Positions 51,301 through 63,500 of a stretch of 64,000 bases of DNA are shown in pieces (the stretch's first letter is position 1; every line of letters starts with the position of its first letter). The notes under the pieces are model-generated. The model had not been told where the DNA came from. It saw only the letters and a list, made by a program, of their open reading frames with translations, and did no database searches. The translations under genes were made by a program, and so were the position numbers. The DNA lies in IMG/VR virus record IMGVR_UViG_3300048017_000141; one strand, written 5' to 3'. Origin of the DNA: a virus.

Positions 51301-53290
51301 TTCTTTTATAACAGATGAATTTCAACCAAAGAATTCTTCTGGTATACCTCTTGGTAGTACAATCATGAATATAGCCTCTATTATAGATGGCACAGGGGCA
51401 AATAGAACAGCTGATTTTGAATTATTCAAGACAGGAGGGGGGACAGTTGCGGCAAGCTATAGAATAAAAACAGCAAATACATTTGTTTTTAATCATAACG
51501 CGCCCCTTAAAGAAAGTTATACATTCACCTTCAATGTTACATTGGTGGATTATGTGGATCCTTCTAACAATATAAGCACCCAATTATCATTTACTGGTAG
51601 ACTAAAAAACGATACACCAATTATTGATGACTCGGTTACTAGCTTTAATATAACTCAAACAGCTACTACAATAAATGCTTTCATTGGAGCAAACGGAAGC
51701 TATAGTTCAGCTACTACGGGATTACAATGGCTTATTACTAGTGGTGATACCGATTATTTTGGTATTGATACATTCACAGGTGTATTAAGTTTATTAACCA
51801 ACACGGTGCCTATAGGATCTTACGATCTACAAATAAAGTTAACTGATGCTGTCGACTCAACCACTAATCCTCCGTATGGTAGTTTATTAGTAAATGCAGA
51901 TCCTAATTACGCTAGTAAATACACTACGCTTAATATAACAGTTAACGTTGGTAGCGAACCTGTTCCATATTTTTTAAGACAAAACCTTGCTGAGTTAAAC
52001 ATATTTAATTCGGATGGTACATCAAATATAGAATCACCAACTCCTTATCCATATAAATATGGAATTGCTTATGTTGGTAATAAGGATATAACCCTTGATT
52101 CAAATGGACAGAATACTAATTTGCCAACAGCCCCTGATTCACTAGGTAAATACCAATCAGCAGTAAATATGGAAATTGCAAATGGATTACAATTAGATCC
52201 ACCTATATCTGTAATACCTGTAGGGCTTACTCAAGGAACGTTACGATGGAATGTCAGTGTTCGTGTTAACAAACCTGATAATGCACCTCCTCCGAATTAT
52301 ACATCAAGAGCAGATTGTGGAATTATAGTTTATTATAGAGATCAAACTACCCCAGGCGGAGCTTGGACAATTGTAGAGGATGATAACAATGCTGGTTTTA
52401 CAACAACCTGGGATGAGGATATTACTGGGGTAAGAGCCACTAATTCAACAGAACCTACTCAAATAAGAACTACTACGTTTACTACCACTAATCCAGATAT
52501 AGATATTTCTGGGGAGTGGGCAATAGCTGTTCGTTTGTACGATTATGGAAGCCCAAGTGTTTATCCAATAAATACAGCAACCGTTACATGTGAGGACGCT
52601 AATTTTTCATATAATCCATTAGATTATACAACGCCGATTACTACTCCATACACTTATTATACCGGATTAGAATATTACAATTCTATATCAGGCATAACAT
52701 ATCCTACTGGAGTACCTTATGAAACACAAGACGCGGAAAGGGGCATGAGTTATAATCCACCTGCTAATATAGTTTCTACGGCAACATTAATTAGTGGCAC
52801 TACTTGGAATGTTGTGTTACAAACAGCTAATCAGCAATTAGCTAGCGGAATGTTAATTAGTGTTCCATTAGGCGGTGGAGAGTTGCAGCAAGTAATAAGT
52901 TCTACTGAAATAATAGTAGACTTAAATATTGGAGCATCAATATCAGCTGGAGACACTATTAATATATCGGATGGGGGTAATACTGAGCATGGTGTTGTTT
53001 ACTCAATATCATCCGAGGGTACCGGAGTAAGACAATTTTATGTGGACTCTGCTCTAACCGAAGTATGGATACCACCTGTAGCAAATAGATTTTATAATTT
53101 CTGGGCTGGTCTTAGTAAAGACTACAACGACGGAGATAGTGTTACAAATCATCCTTTCTTCTGCGCTAAGTTTGATGAGAATGGAAGTGTTGTTGAACAA
53201 ATTACACCTGCTTTTGATGTACAAACGTATGCAAATGGAGCAAACTCTGGAAGAAACTTGTATGGATACGTCGGAGCAGCACCAGTATAA
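48380..53290 (+). CDS. Large tail/baseplate-type structural protein
   Basis: 1636 aa with a Thr/Ser/Asn/Gly-rich, beta-type composition. Confidence 0.65.
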   Translation: MAEVKNSFLKSRMNQDLDDRLIPNGEYRYASNISVGKSEADDIGALENVLGNEKLPLTVYSSESGIECIGSFMDNQNNRIYQFLTDYEDTGDSEPTDANFMQITVYDLGSTLSYSVLVSGVFLNFAKNKEFKITGVNLIEGLLFWTDNRNQPRKINIQRALDNPNYYTNETQISVAKYSPVDPISLYRKIEGTVDTVTSTTEIVLADATGITAGMTVVSNTIAGSEYILVISVDVNTVYLYSAPSTAIIAGDVLTFLGSTMSDKSNDINWPGDPNFLEDKYVRFSYRFRYDDNEYSLMAPFTQIAYIPKQKGFFIDGNETDAYRSTIINWFENNINNIELLVPLPDSANNIANSYKITELDVLYKESDSTAVKVLETIPVQSIAAKSGVSNVFIQPYQSQKPYKTLSEDQTVRVYDRVPVRAKAQETAGNRIIYGNYFDKYTPPSTINYNTTIQPKSDINTNFIEYPNHTLKQNRNYQVGFVLSDKFGRQSPVILSTVDDLTVTSGDTSFGGSTVYSKYDIYEETVRSWFGNALILIVNSPITSEKDLSAGTPGLYATPTNSLGFVISEGYISGNEYTFTIDEDYIGTDFKPEVGDWMRGSLTDYVEVTDVQPGGFLGQWIVTTTGPVNFIYEYQDLGVGVPDTKFAYTINPIGWYSYKVVVRQQQQDYYNVYLPGMLNGYPVAQTYGSQVSYSGGVASLENGINTTSFPVGETNKTAHVVLINDNINKVPRDLSEVGPDQKQYRSSVQLYGRVENVADTSITITGHTPSFSSITNTITYDAGDPDYALVKPGDGIQCAQATTTLWYANTVVVSNEVVGTVGTITFEPANPVLGSTPGPAYVTFPITRAENKQYYPTRKADTVTSIASANEFNFLSNTVDNIRGTSGLNFYQLQNKPLIGRISTVDRIGTVAEDMIPFLSIYETAADESLLDLFWETSTTGLISDLNADVSTGYDGPIGFTTINYDHSESLPGVSFITDEFQPKNSSGIPLGSTIMNIASIIDGTGANRTADFELFKTGGGTVAASYRIKTANTFVFNHNAPLKESYTFTFNVTLVDYVDPSNNISTQLSFTGRLKNDTPIIDDSVTSFNITQTATTINAFIGANGSYSSATTGLQWLITSGDTDYFGIDTFTGVLSLLTNTVPIGSYDLQIKLTDAVDSTTNPPYGSLLVNADPNYASKYTTLNITVNVGSEPVPYFLRQNLAELNIFNSDGTSNIESPTPYPYKYGIAYVGNKDITLDSNGQNTNLPTAPDSLGKYQSAVNMEIANGLQLDPPISVIPVGLTQGTLRWNVSVRVNKPDNAPPPNYTSRADCGIIVYYRDQTTPGGAWTIVEDDNNAGFTTTWDEDITGVRATNSTEPTQIRTTTFTTTNPDIDISGEWAIAVRLYDYGSPSVYPINTATVTCEDANFSYNPLDYTTPITTPYTYYTGLEYYNSISGITYPTGVPYETQDAERGMSYNPPANIVSTATLISGTTWNVVLQTANQQLASGMLISVPLGGGELQQVISSTEIIVDLNIGASISAGDTINISDGGNTEHGVVYSISSEGTGVRQFYVDSALTEVWIPPVANRFYNFWAGLSKDYNDGDSVTNHPFFCAKFDENGSVVEQITPAFDVQTYANGANSGRNLYGYVGAAPV

Positions 53291-53341
53291 AATTAGACCA
53301 CTAATACATAAAAATAATAAAAAACAAGTGATTATAGAAGT

Positions 53342-54865
53342 ATGGCAGCAATATTAGAAGTAAAATATTTTAACTCTTTCTGGTTAAAGAAGATGGATAC
53401 AATTGTTGAGGTAGAAAACACAACAGGCATCTTAGATGGAGCTGTCAGTACTGCAACAATAAATTTAACTGAAAATAACTTAAATATAGGAGTAGGGCAA
53501 ACGGTTTCTTGGATAGGAGCCGTTGAGCCTTATCCGGTAGTTTATAAGAAAATAAGTGATTTATCATTTGAATTAAGTGAAGCGGTTTCAATACCAGATG
53601 CAACAGAATTAACATTTGGACCAATAACGGATTTCACTTATATACCTTCCGCTTATGAAGAATCAGCATCGGATTGGTATGTTGAAGAAACAAGAATAAG
53701 AGGTGGTTATAATAATACTAATGTAGACTTAGGCGTTAAAGCTTATATAGTTGAAGATGATATTAATCAACAACATTTACAAAGTGGGCTTATATACTCA
53801 GGTATATTTAATTCAAGAACTGGTATTAACAAAACAAATGAGTTTTCAACTGGTGAAGAAATAACTAGAAGTGTTGATCCTTACAATGGATCTATACAGA
53901 AGCTGTTTTCAGAAGATACAAATTTAACTATATTCCAGGAATTTAAAGTCAGTCGAGCATTGATAGATAAAGACGCTATATATTCTGCAGACGGACAGCC
54001 AATGACAACCTCAGGAGCGCAAGTAATAGGCCAGATTCAATCGTACGCTGGTAACTATGGTATTGCTACTAATCCTGAAAGTTTTGCTGTGTATGGCTAT
54101 CGAAAATACTTTGTGGATAGAAATAGAAATGTTGTATTAAGGCTTTCTCAAGACGGAATAAGTGAAATATCTGAATACGGAATGGGCGATTTCTTTAGAG
54201 ACAGTTTATCCGAAGCAGGGAATGATGGTCTTATACTTGGTATGTGGGACATGCATAATAAGGAATATGTTGTTTCTATACAGCAAACTAATGGCACATA
54301 TAATACTTTAGCGTTTGACGAAGATGTATCTGGATGGACAAGTTTCTTCTCTTTTAAACCTAATTGGGGTGATAGTCTTAGAAATAATTTTTACACATTT
54401 AAAGACGGTAATATATACGTTCACTATTCAACTAATGTTAATTACTCAAACTTCTATGGTGTAGATAATCCTTCAGAGGTGAAGGTTGTATTCAATCCAG
54501 AAGTATCAACAATAAAAACATTCAAAACACTTAATTACGAGGGTAGGCTAGGATGGGAAGCGGTTTCGTTTTATACTGACACAGACTTGTCATCGCCTAT
54601 AGCTCCTTCGGTTAATTTATATACATTAGCGGATGTAGAGCAGCAATTGTTCACAAATACATTCAAGAAAAAGGAAAATAAATTCTTTGCTAATTTAATA
54701 AATATAACTCCGTCATCTAGTGGTGAAGTAGTTTGGGGTAATTCAATGACTGGTGTTAAAGGAGCCTATGCTACGGTAATTATGAGCTATTCGAATACAG
54801 TTAGTCCTGGGCGAAAAGCTGAGTTATTTGCAGTATCATCTGAATACATGGATTCATCATATTAA
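53342..54865 (+). CDS. Virion structural protein (putative)
   Basis: 507-aa ORF. Confidence 0.6.
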   Translation: MAAILEVKYFNSFWLKKMDTIVEVENTTGILDGAVSTATINLTENNLNIGVGQTVSWIGAVEPYPVVYKKISDLSFELSEAVSIPDATELTFGPITDFTYIPSAYEESASDWYVEETRIRGGYNNTNVDLGVKAYIVEDDINQQHLQSGLIYSGIFNSRTGINKTNEFSTGEEITRSVDPYNGSIQKLFSEDTNLTIFQEFKVSRALIDKDAIYSADGQPMTTSGAQVIGQIQSYAGNYGIATNPESFAVYGYRKYFVDRNRNVVLRLSQDGISEISEYGMGDFFRDSLSEAGNDGLILGMWDMHNKEYVVSIQQTNGTYNTLAFDEDVSGWTSFFSFKPNWGDSLRNNFYTFKDGNIYVHYSTNVNYSNFYGVDNPSEVKVVFNPEVSTIKTFKTLNYEGRLGWEAVSFYTDTDLSSPIAPSVNLYTLADVEQQLFTNTFKKKENKFFANLINITPSSSGEVVWGNSMTGVKGAYATVIMSYSNTVSPGRKAELFAVSSEYMDSSY

Positions 54866-54876
54866 AATACAATTAA

Positions 54877-55347
54877 ATGAAAAACAAAGTTAGTACTATT
54901 AGCGAAAGAAGTTTAGCGGTACAAGACTATATTGCTAAGGTTGAAAACTTAGAACAGTCTATGCTGAATTTAGAAGGTGAGAATATTGCAAAAGGCAATA
55001 CAGATTTATTTCCTCTAAAACATTCATTCTCTCATGGCGTTTACATAAGAGAAATGTTTATGCAAGCAGATAGTGTTGTTATTGGAAAACTGCACAAATT
55101 CTCGCATACATGGTTTTTGCTACAAGGAAAACTATTCATATCCACAGAAGAAGGGGTTAACCATTATGTTGCCCCTTGTTATGTGAATGCTCCGGCTGGA
55201 ACAAAAAGAATTATATATGCGGCTGAAGATTCTATATTTGTGAATGTACATCCTAATCCCGACAATATAACGGACATAGATGAATTAGAGGATAGACTAG
55301 CGTGTGTATCTTATAAACAATACGAGCAATTTAAACAATTAAAATAA
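54877..55347 (+). CDS. Cupin-like small beta-barrel protein (tentative)
   Basis: The segment HKFSHTWFLLQGKL...APAGTKRIIYA resembles cupin motifs. Confidence 0.35.
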   Translation: MKNKVSTISERSLAVQDYIAKVENLEQSMLNLEGENIAKGNTDLFPLKHSFSHGVYIREMFMQADSVVIGKLHKFSHTWFLLQGKLFISTEEGVNHYVAPCYVNAPAGTKRIIYAAEDSIFVNVHPNPDNITDIDELEDRLACVSYKQYEQFKQLK

Positions 55348-55353
55348 TAATAT

Positions 55354-56082
55354 ATGAGTATGGTAGTTGTCGGTGCTATTGGAGCTGGAAGTTCCCTTAT
55401 CACCGGATTAATAGGAATGGGTAGCGCCAAAAAAAGACAAAGAGCCGCTGCTGAAGAAAAAGCCAGACTTAACGCTGAGTTAAATAGATTAGAGAATAGC
55501 CGACAAGCTATTATAAATCCATACGCAGACGTTAAAGATATGAGTGGTCTTATAAAAGATACATCTGGTAATTTGTCAAATGCTTATGCTAATTTAGGGG
55601 TAGCTACAAACGCAGCTAAATTCGAAGCGGAACAAATAGATGTATCATTAGCTAACACATTGGATACTCTTAGAGAAACTGGAGCTGGAGCAGGAGGAGC
55701 AACGGCATTAGCTCAAGCAGCATTAAAAGCTAAGCAAGGAATCTCATCAAATATTGAACAACAAGAAGCTCAAAATGAAAAGTTAAAAGCTCAAGGAGAA
55801 ATTCAATTGCAAGAAGCAAAAATGGCTGAGCAACAAAGAATTCAGACTGCTCAATTATCCGAGGCGCAACGTGTACAAACAGCAGAAGCTCAAGGAAAGT
55901 CATTTATGTTTAATGCACGAGAAGATCGCGAAACAGCTAAGTTAGATAGAACAGCAGGTTTAGCAACAAATGCAGCGGCTTCAGAAGCTCAAGCGGCGTC
56001 AGACTTCACTGGAGCATTAACAGGAGCAATCGGAGGTATAACATCAAGCATAGCTAGTATCGCTAGCGCAAAAAAAGATTAA
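55354..56082 (+). CDS. Internal virion protein candidate
   Basis: N-terminal hydrophobic Gly-rich segment followed by an Ala/Gln-rich coiled region. Confidence 0.5.
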   Translation: MSMVVVGAIGAGSSLITGLIGMGSAKKRQRAAAEEKARLNAELNRLENSRQAIINPYADVKDMSGLIKDTSGNLSNAYANLGVATNAAKFEAEQIDVSLANTLDTLRETGAGAGGATALAQAALKAKQGISSNIEQQEAQNEKLKAQGEIQLQEAKMAEQQRIQTAQLSEAQRVQTAEAQGKSFMFNAREDRETAKLDRTAGLATNAAASEAQAASDFTGALTGAIGGITSSIASIASAKKD

Positions 56083-56085
56083 TAA

Positions 56086-57483
56086 ATGGGAGCATATTCA
56101 AATCCACAAGCGGTTATAGACAACCAATCAGGACAATATATAAGAGAATTACAAAAGAATATAGTTGGTACTGTAGAAAGCCTAGGTGCTTCTTATACGG
56201 CTAAGGTAGAAAAACGTAATGCTGAATTCAAAGCCACTCAAATGAAAGTAGGTGAAGAAGAAAGCGCAATGTACCGCAATTTAGCATCTGTACAACAAAC
56301 TAATCCAACAGTTAACTTTGAGGAGTTGTATAGACCTATGATAAAAGAGTATGCTACTCTTAGAACAAGTATATTAAATGGTACCAGTCAAGATCCATCT
56401 GCAGACAGAATGAAAGCTGATAAGATATTTGCTAGCGTTAGCACTATAAAGAATTCATTAGTTGATTTGAGTGCGGAAGGATTTGTTGAAAAATACGATA
56501 AAGCCGGAGGAGCTAATGGATATGCAATAGGGGAGAATGATCAAAAAGTAATGGATAGTATGTTAATCTTCCATGGTAAGTTGCCCGGTGTTAAAAAAGG
56601 CAGATTTGTTGATAACGATCCAACCAATTTTGTTTGGGATGTGTATGATAAGGGTGGTCAATTAATTCAAACATTGTCGGCTGAGCAGTTAAAGAATACC
56701 TCACAAGGTAAAGGTTTGCTAAAAGTTATACCTGATGGCGAAAAAGCAATCACTAATATAAAGGATACAGCTACAAACATATTTGAGACTAAAGATGGTA
56801 TTGCAACCGGTAAAATAAAACCTGAGTTTTTAGATCCTACCCCATTCGATAAAGAATTGCCAGGTAAAAAGACAATAGTACAAGGAGGCGTTGAATACGA
56901 ACAAAAATCATATATGCCAAGTGCTAAGGTGGACATTGAAAAAATGAAAGCGGATTTAAACCTAAATACTCTATTAGACGCTAAGTCGGAAGGATTTATT
57001 AAGGCGAGCGCAAGTGGTATTGATGCAGTATTATTTAACAATACGTACTTTAAGAACATGCCCGGTTTTCAACTCTTAGATGCGGATGAGCCATTATCTC
57101 CTGAAGCAGCTGCTAAATTTAAAGAAAACTTTAAAACATTTTATTTTGATAGTTTGCCAAAGGATCAACCATTAGAAGGAGCGGAAAAATCGCAGATAAT
57201 TGAGAAACCTGCGCCTAAGCAAGCAACTAAAAAGCCTAAATTAACAACAAAACCTAAAAAAGAGCCCAGCACTGTTGAAAAGTCTGATGAAAGAATAGAT
57301 AGAGTTTTAGGTAACAATGTTACAGGAGAAGCAATCGGCCCATCAGGGAACAGGTTTAAGAAAAGCAAAAACGGAAGTTGGTATAAGGTAGATGAGGATG
57401 AAAATCAGATAAGTGAACCTTTGACTAGAGAACAAGTTGCCTCTAAGTTAGGCTACAAACCTCTATTAAAAAACAAACAATAA
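56086..57483 (+). CDS. Hypothetical virion protein
   Basis: 465-aa ORF. Confidence 0.55.
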   Translation: MGAYSNPQAVIDNQSGQYIRELQKNIVGTVESLGASYTAKVEKRNAEFKATQMKVGEEESAMYRNLASVQQTNPTVNFEELYRPMIKEYATLRTSILNGTSQDPSADRMKADKIFASVSTIKNSLVDLSAEGFVEKYDKAGGANGYAIGENDQKVMDSMLIFHGKLPGVKKGRFVDNDPTNFVWDVYDKGGQLIQTLSAEQLKNTSQGKGLLKVIPDGEKAITNIKDTATNIFETKDGIATGKIKPEFLDPTPFDKELPGKKTIVQGGVEYEQKSYMPSAKVDIEKMKADLNLNTLLDAKSEGFIKASASGIDAVLFNNTYFKNMPGFQLLDADEPLSPEAAAKFKENFKTFYFDSLPKDQPLEGAEKSQIIEKPAPKQATKKPKLTTKPKKEPSTVEKSDERIDRVLGNNVTGEAIGPSGNRFKKSKNGSWYKVDEDENQISEPLTREQVASKLGYKPLLKNKQ

Positions 57484-57501
57484 AGAAAAAATATTATACT
57501 C

Positions 57502-60500
57502 ATGGCTAATTATTTGAATAAAGAAGGAATATTATATACTCAAGAAGAAATAGAATCAGCAGCGCAGGAGAACGGCGTTGATATTGATACTATTATAGCA
57601 GACAATGAATTGACTCTTGGGGAAGATGAAAATAACACAGAATTGCCGGGAAAGAAAAAGCGTGTAACTGCAAAGAAGCCAACTGTTACACAATCAAAGC
57701 TGAAAACAAAATCGGCTTCACCTACAAAAACTACTTCTTCGGACTCAAATGGCAAAGTATACCCTTGGCAGTCTAAAGATGTAGCTGTAAATCCATCTTC
57801 TACAGATAAGTTTAAAAAACAAGCAGCAAAAGAAAAAGGTCAAGGCGTTCCTACTGTAAAGAATATAAATAAAAGTAATAAAACTACTGAAAACTTTATA
57901 GCAAATAATCCTTTTGATTTACAAAACGGATCTTTAATGACTGGTGAAGCTGGTACGAGAGATTTTTTAAATTTATTACCAGAAGAAGAGGAGAAAAAGT
58001 TTAAAGAAGCACAAGCCGCTGCTGACAGAAATGCTTTAAATAGAAGCGAGAAAGAAGCTATATCTTTTATAAATTCTAAAGTAAACGTTAAAGAAGCTCA
58101 AGATCAGCTTGATAGCGAGATAAACGACTCTGAATTTTCAGATTACTTAAGAGAAGGAGCAAAGTCTTGGTATAATGAAGCAATTGGTGGACCGATTAGT
58201 ATGGTTGGCCAATCTTTAGGGGCTAATATAGATTTGACTATATCCCCTAAAAAACCATTAGCTGAAGAGAAGAAGCAAGCTATTTCAGAATTATCTAAAA
58301 ATAGAAAAGCAGGCACAAAGATAACTAATCAGGAAATTGACAACCGAGCTAAGGAAATATTCTTAGAGAATAAAATAGTAGATCAAAAAGGAAAAGCAGC
58401 CGAGGAATATTTTGATAATCTGGATGATCCTAAGCTTCAAGAGAAGTTAAAAATAAAAGCTATAGGTGATAAACTAAACTCTTCGTCTGTAGCAAAACAA
58501 AGAACATTACTTGCTAAAACATTAAACACTCAACTTGATGATTTCTCAACTTATGCTTCATCTTTCAAATCAAGATATGATTTAGGAGAAGTAACTAATG
58601 AAGAAATAGCAGAATACAAGAGTAAAGCAGCTGATGCTACGGATGCTTATAAGCAGTTAAACTACATATATAATGATTTCCCTTCTGTGCTTGATAAGCT
58701 AGATTCTGATACAGCTAAATTAGATTACTTTAAATATAACTACGACGATGTTGAAGGCAACCTAATGAGACTTTATGGCACAACTGAAAAAATAGTTGGT
58801 GGTACAGCTAAATTCGCTGGTGAACTAGTAAGCTATTTCGAGGAGGGAGCTACCGATACCAAATTAGGTGAATTAATAAGCGCTACTGGGGGAGATATTT
58901 TATCTGATTCAGAGAAAAGAGCGAAAGAATATAAGAATATATCATTTGACAGTGTTAATAGTTTCTCAGACTTCGGTAAATATGCGGGAATATTATTTTC
59001 TGAGCAAGTGCCTATTTATGCTTCTATGTTTTTTGGTGGCGAAGCTGGCGCGTATGGTGTAGCTGCAAGTTCTGGTGGACAGAAGATACAAGAAATGGAG
59101 GATGAAATTGGTGCTAACTATGATAGAGGTACAAAATTATTAACGGCTTTTGCTTTTGCTGCTGCTGAATTTATACCTGAAAAAATTGGTACACTTAGAA
59201 TGTTTGAGAACATGAAGGGCACTATGATGGCTGTAAACCAGGAGTCTCGCCAATTATTTAAGCAGAATTTTATAGATGCATCGTTAAAATATGTGGGCAA
59301 AACCGGAGCAGAATCATTTATTGAAGGTAGTACTGAGACATTAACCGAGTTTCTTGATTTTACTATTGACGAACAATTTCTTGGTAAAAAAATATCATCT
59401 GAAGAAAAGGTCAAGAGAACCAAGAACGCTTTTATAGGTGGTGCTATAATGGCAGGTGGAATGCAGGGGCTTGGAGGTGCCTCAACATTAGTGGCAAAAG
59501 AATTAAAAAACTATGCTACCAATAATGAATTAGCTACTAGTAAAAAAATAATGGACCGTATAGACTTTTTGCAAAATGAAATTCAAAGCAATATGGGTCT
59601 TACGTCAAAAGAAACATCACAAATAAAGTCAGAGATAGACAAATTAACCGATGATTCCATAAGTATAATAGAAAACTCAAAAGATCGTGTTTACGATATG
59701 ACCAGTAAGGATATGGTTGCTGTACTAGATATAAATAGAAAACAGCAAGACATTAAACAGTCTTATGCAGAATTGATTGAATCTAACTTTTCTGACGTAA
59801 TAAAACAAGAAAAGGCCAGCGAACTTAAGGATGAGTTTAACAAACTTGAGCGTGATCGTAACTTTTTATTAACAGGTAAATATGCAGCGGCTAATAGAAT
59901 AATAGGCAACGGAATTGCTATTGATAGCAGTATCGAAAACATTAGAAAATTAGCTAATAGTCTAGGTGAGAAAGAAGTTGCTAATAAAATTGGAGGACAA
60001 AGCGGCGTGGCTGTATTTGAAGATCAATCTGAATTAAAGCAAGCTTACAAGCAATGGTTAGTAACTGAGAACAAATCTGTCGCTGATGAGGCAAACAAAT
60101 TAACATCAGAAGAAATTGACAATAAAGTTGAGGAAGCTGGTAATTCTGATGGATTTATATTACCAAATGGTCAACTTGTTATAAATAAAACTATAGCGGC
60201 TCAAACAGGAGCCATAAACGTAGCAAATCATGAGTTCCTACATAAAGTGCTTAGAAGCGCATTTTCTAATCCCGTAGAGCTTAAAAAGACTGTTGATTCA
60301 TTCATATCTACTTTAAGTGAAAAAGAAAAATCAATAGTGCAAAAAAGAATAGATGATAACTATAGATATACCATTGATGAGAGTGGCAATAAAGTAGAGA
60401 ATAATTTCAACGACTATGCAGAAGAATACTTTACGGCTTTTATTGATGCTATTGCTAAAGGAGATATTAAATGGGATAGCAACCTTAAAGAAAGTTTAAT

Positions 60501-63500
60501 AAGAATTGCTAATCCTATAGTAAAACTATTACAAAGATTAGGTTTTACAAATATTAAGTTTAATGAAGGTAGAGACTTCTACAATTTCTTAAAAGATTAT
60601 CAAACAAATATTAGCAAGGGTAGAATAACAACCAGAGCAAATAGTTTGTTAAAAGGAGAGCCCGTAAATAAAGTAACTGCATTCTCAAAGTCTATTGAAG
60701 AAAAAATGGATATTCTTGACGAGCAACTTAGTTCGGGTGAAATAGACATTGATCAATATGAGGCAAAAATGACTGCTCTAGAAAAAGAGGAAAGTCAATT
60801 GAAAAGAGCTGAATATGAGCAAAAGAAAGAAGAATCTAAAGCTGAGGTTAAAACCGAAGCGGTTCGTACTAAAAAAGAAAAGACAGAACTAAGTGATATA
60901 GCAGCTAAAGCTAAAGCTAAGTTGGATGCAATAGGTAATGATACAAAAGGGTTTAATTCTAGCAATCCAGCTATCTATGCTGAACTTGACAAGATGGTTA
61001 AAGCTAAGTCAAGAAACTGGAGAACCTCTAATGGAACTGTAATTGATTTTACTAATAAAGATAAAGGCGGACTTGATGGTTTTGACCTAGACGAAATGGC
61101 AAGTTACGTTAGAACTTCGATGATACCTTATATAGCTAAATTTGATCCAGCTAAGAACAATAGTTTATATGGATATATAAATGCTCAATATGCAAATAGA
61201 ATGCGCGCTGCGTTAAAAAGTGGTGAGGTAGCTAATGTTGTTTTCACGGAAGACGTTTCTGAAATGAAGGGATTGTCAAATGAGGAAGTTGAAACCACAA
61301 AACCATCACTACCTGAAAGAAAACGTTTTCAAAATATATTAGAATCTGGTGTATTTAGCCCTGACGTTATTGATAATATTTCCGCTAAGGTTTTGCCGAT
61401 TGTAAGAACATTGAAATCAAAAATTAATGAAAAAATATCTATAAATAAAACTACAGCTCCTATTATCGCAGAGATAAAAGATGAGATGGGTAAACAAGCA
61501 GATATTGACATTAAAAAAGCAATGGGTGGTAAGGAAAACCAGGAGTTGCAAAACTGGTTAATTACCAACAAGAAAACTATCCTAGAGAATATGACCACTA
61601 CTTGGTTAATGGGTAAGGATGGAAAAGGTGGAATGCCATTTGCTATTCAAAAAAGAATTGGCGGAAGATGGGTTAACTTTCCGGAATGGGTTGGGAAAAA
61701 AATTGATAGAGAATCAGTTTCGACAGACCTAGCTGGAAGAACGGCGGGGCACGAGATGGTAAGAAGATTACCGGATGTAGATAAGAATGTATCTACAATG
61801 GAATTTCTATCTTCAATAATTGATTTAAAAGACAGCAGTCCAATAAGAGGTAGAAAAGAAGCGTTAGCTAAGGCTCTCGCTGAAGAAATATCTTTTGATT
61901 TAATTTCAGATGATATTTCAAATGATGGACCAATAGCTAGTGCTTTACAGAAAAATCAAGAATTATTAGGTGCGGTAACAGAAAGAATACTTGCTGAGGA
62001 ATTTAATAGATTGTCAGAAAGAGGTAATGTTAAATTCTCAATATCTCAAAAACAAATTGATGACGCTATCAATTACTTAGTGAATGAAGCGGGAGGCAGT
62101 ATATATATCGCTAGAAGAAGCGGAGCAAATGCTTTTAATGATCTATATGAGATTGTTAAAGCGGGAGGAGAAGAAACTGCATTGAATGATATATTAGATA
62201 GATACCAAGATGTTTTAGAGAAAATAGCATATAATAAGCACGAAACTAACATGACTATTTTGCTTAAGACCATTTTAGGTAATGAGTTTAGCGGTAAGAA
62301 ATTAGGTGGTAATAACAACAATGTGGCTGACTTTATCATAACAAAAGGTAAGGTTGCTGACAAAAATAATCCAGCAGTAGCTAATGTTGAATTAAAGAAA
62401 AACGCTTTTGCTAGAATTACATCTGGAACTATTAATTCAATTTCCGGCAAAGATCTTACAGCAACTTCTAAAGATTCTTTTGACAAAATATCAAAAGCTT
62501 ATAATGATTTCTTAAAAGGAGAAACATTTTCCGCTATTAGAAAACTTACAGAAGGTCAAACAAAAACAGGAAACTTTAGAGTTCCCGCGGAAAACAAAAT
62601 AGCTATTACTAATATTTTAAAAGGAAAAAGAGTTGTTTTTGCAGAACCTATTCCTTTAAATATAATAAATGATATAAATTTATCTAAAAAATATTCAAAT
62701 GACTTGTTAGTACTTGGCACAACTGTAAGCGATTATTTTGGTGCTGGGTTTAAAGATAAATACGGAATAGAGGAGGATAATATAGTGGTTCCTCAAATAG
62801 AAATGAAACTTGTTAAAAATGGTGAAAATTATATTTTATACCCAAGAGTTTACTTCTATTTAGATAAAGCTACGGCCGTTAAAATGACAAAGACCATAAT
62901 AGAAGGTAACAACTTGTCTGAAATATCAAAAATGGCAGGAATTGTAATAGATAACAAAGCGGTTTTAGCTAATGCAAAATCTCAATTTAACAACTTAAAT
63001 TCTTTTAGTAAGCCGGTAGAAAATATAGATATAATATCTGATTATATTAGCAAAAATAATGCAAAAAGAATTGATGCTGAAACGTCATTTGATATATTAA
63101 ATGACACTCTTAAGGATATTGAGAACTATTGGGGTATATTACCTAACGAAGTGATTGCTTCTATGGAACGAACTGTTGATTACGCATTTGACGTGATTGA
63201 AGATCGTGAGAATGATGGTGGTCCGCTAATGGCGGCTGTAAACGATGCCCTTAATGTCGAAACTCTTAAGAATACGGAAAAGCAACTTAATACTTTTATA
63301 GATAAGAACTATAAGAACCCAGAAGGAACTGATACTGCTAAATTTAGTAAGTCATCTGGTAATTATACAACCGTTTATGCGGGTGCACCAAAGGGGAAAG
63401 ATTTAAAAGTTATTGGTCGAAAGGGTGTAAACTTTTTTGCAACTGATTTAAGAGAGGCTAAGGAATATGCTCGAATGAATGATGGGGATGTTCAGGATTT

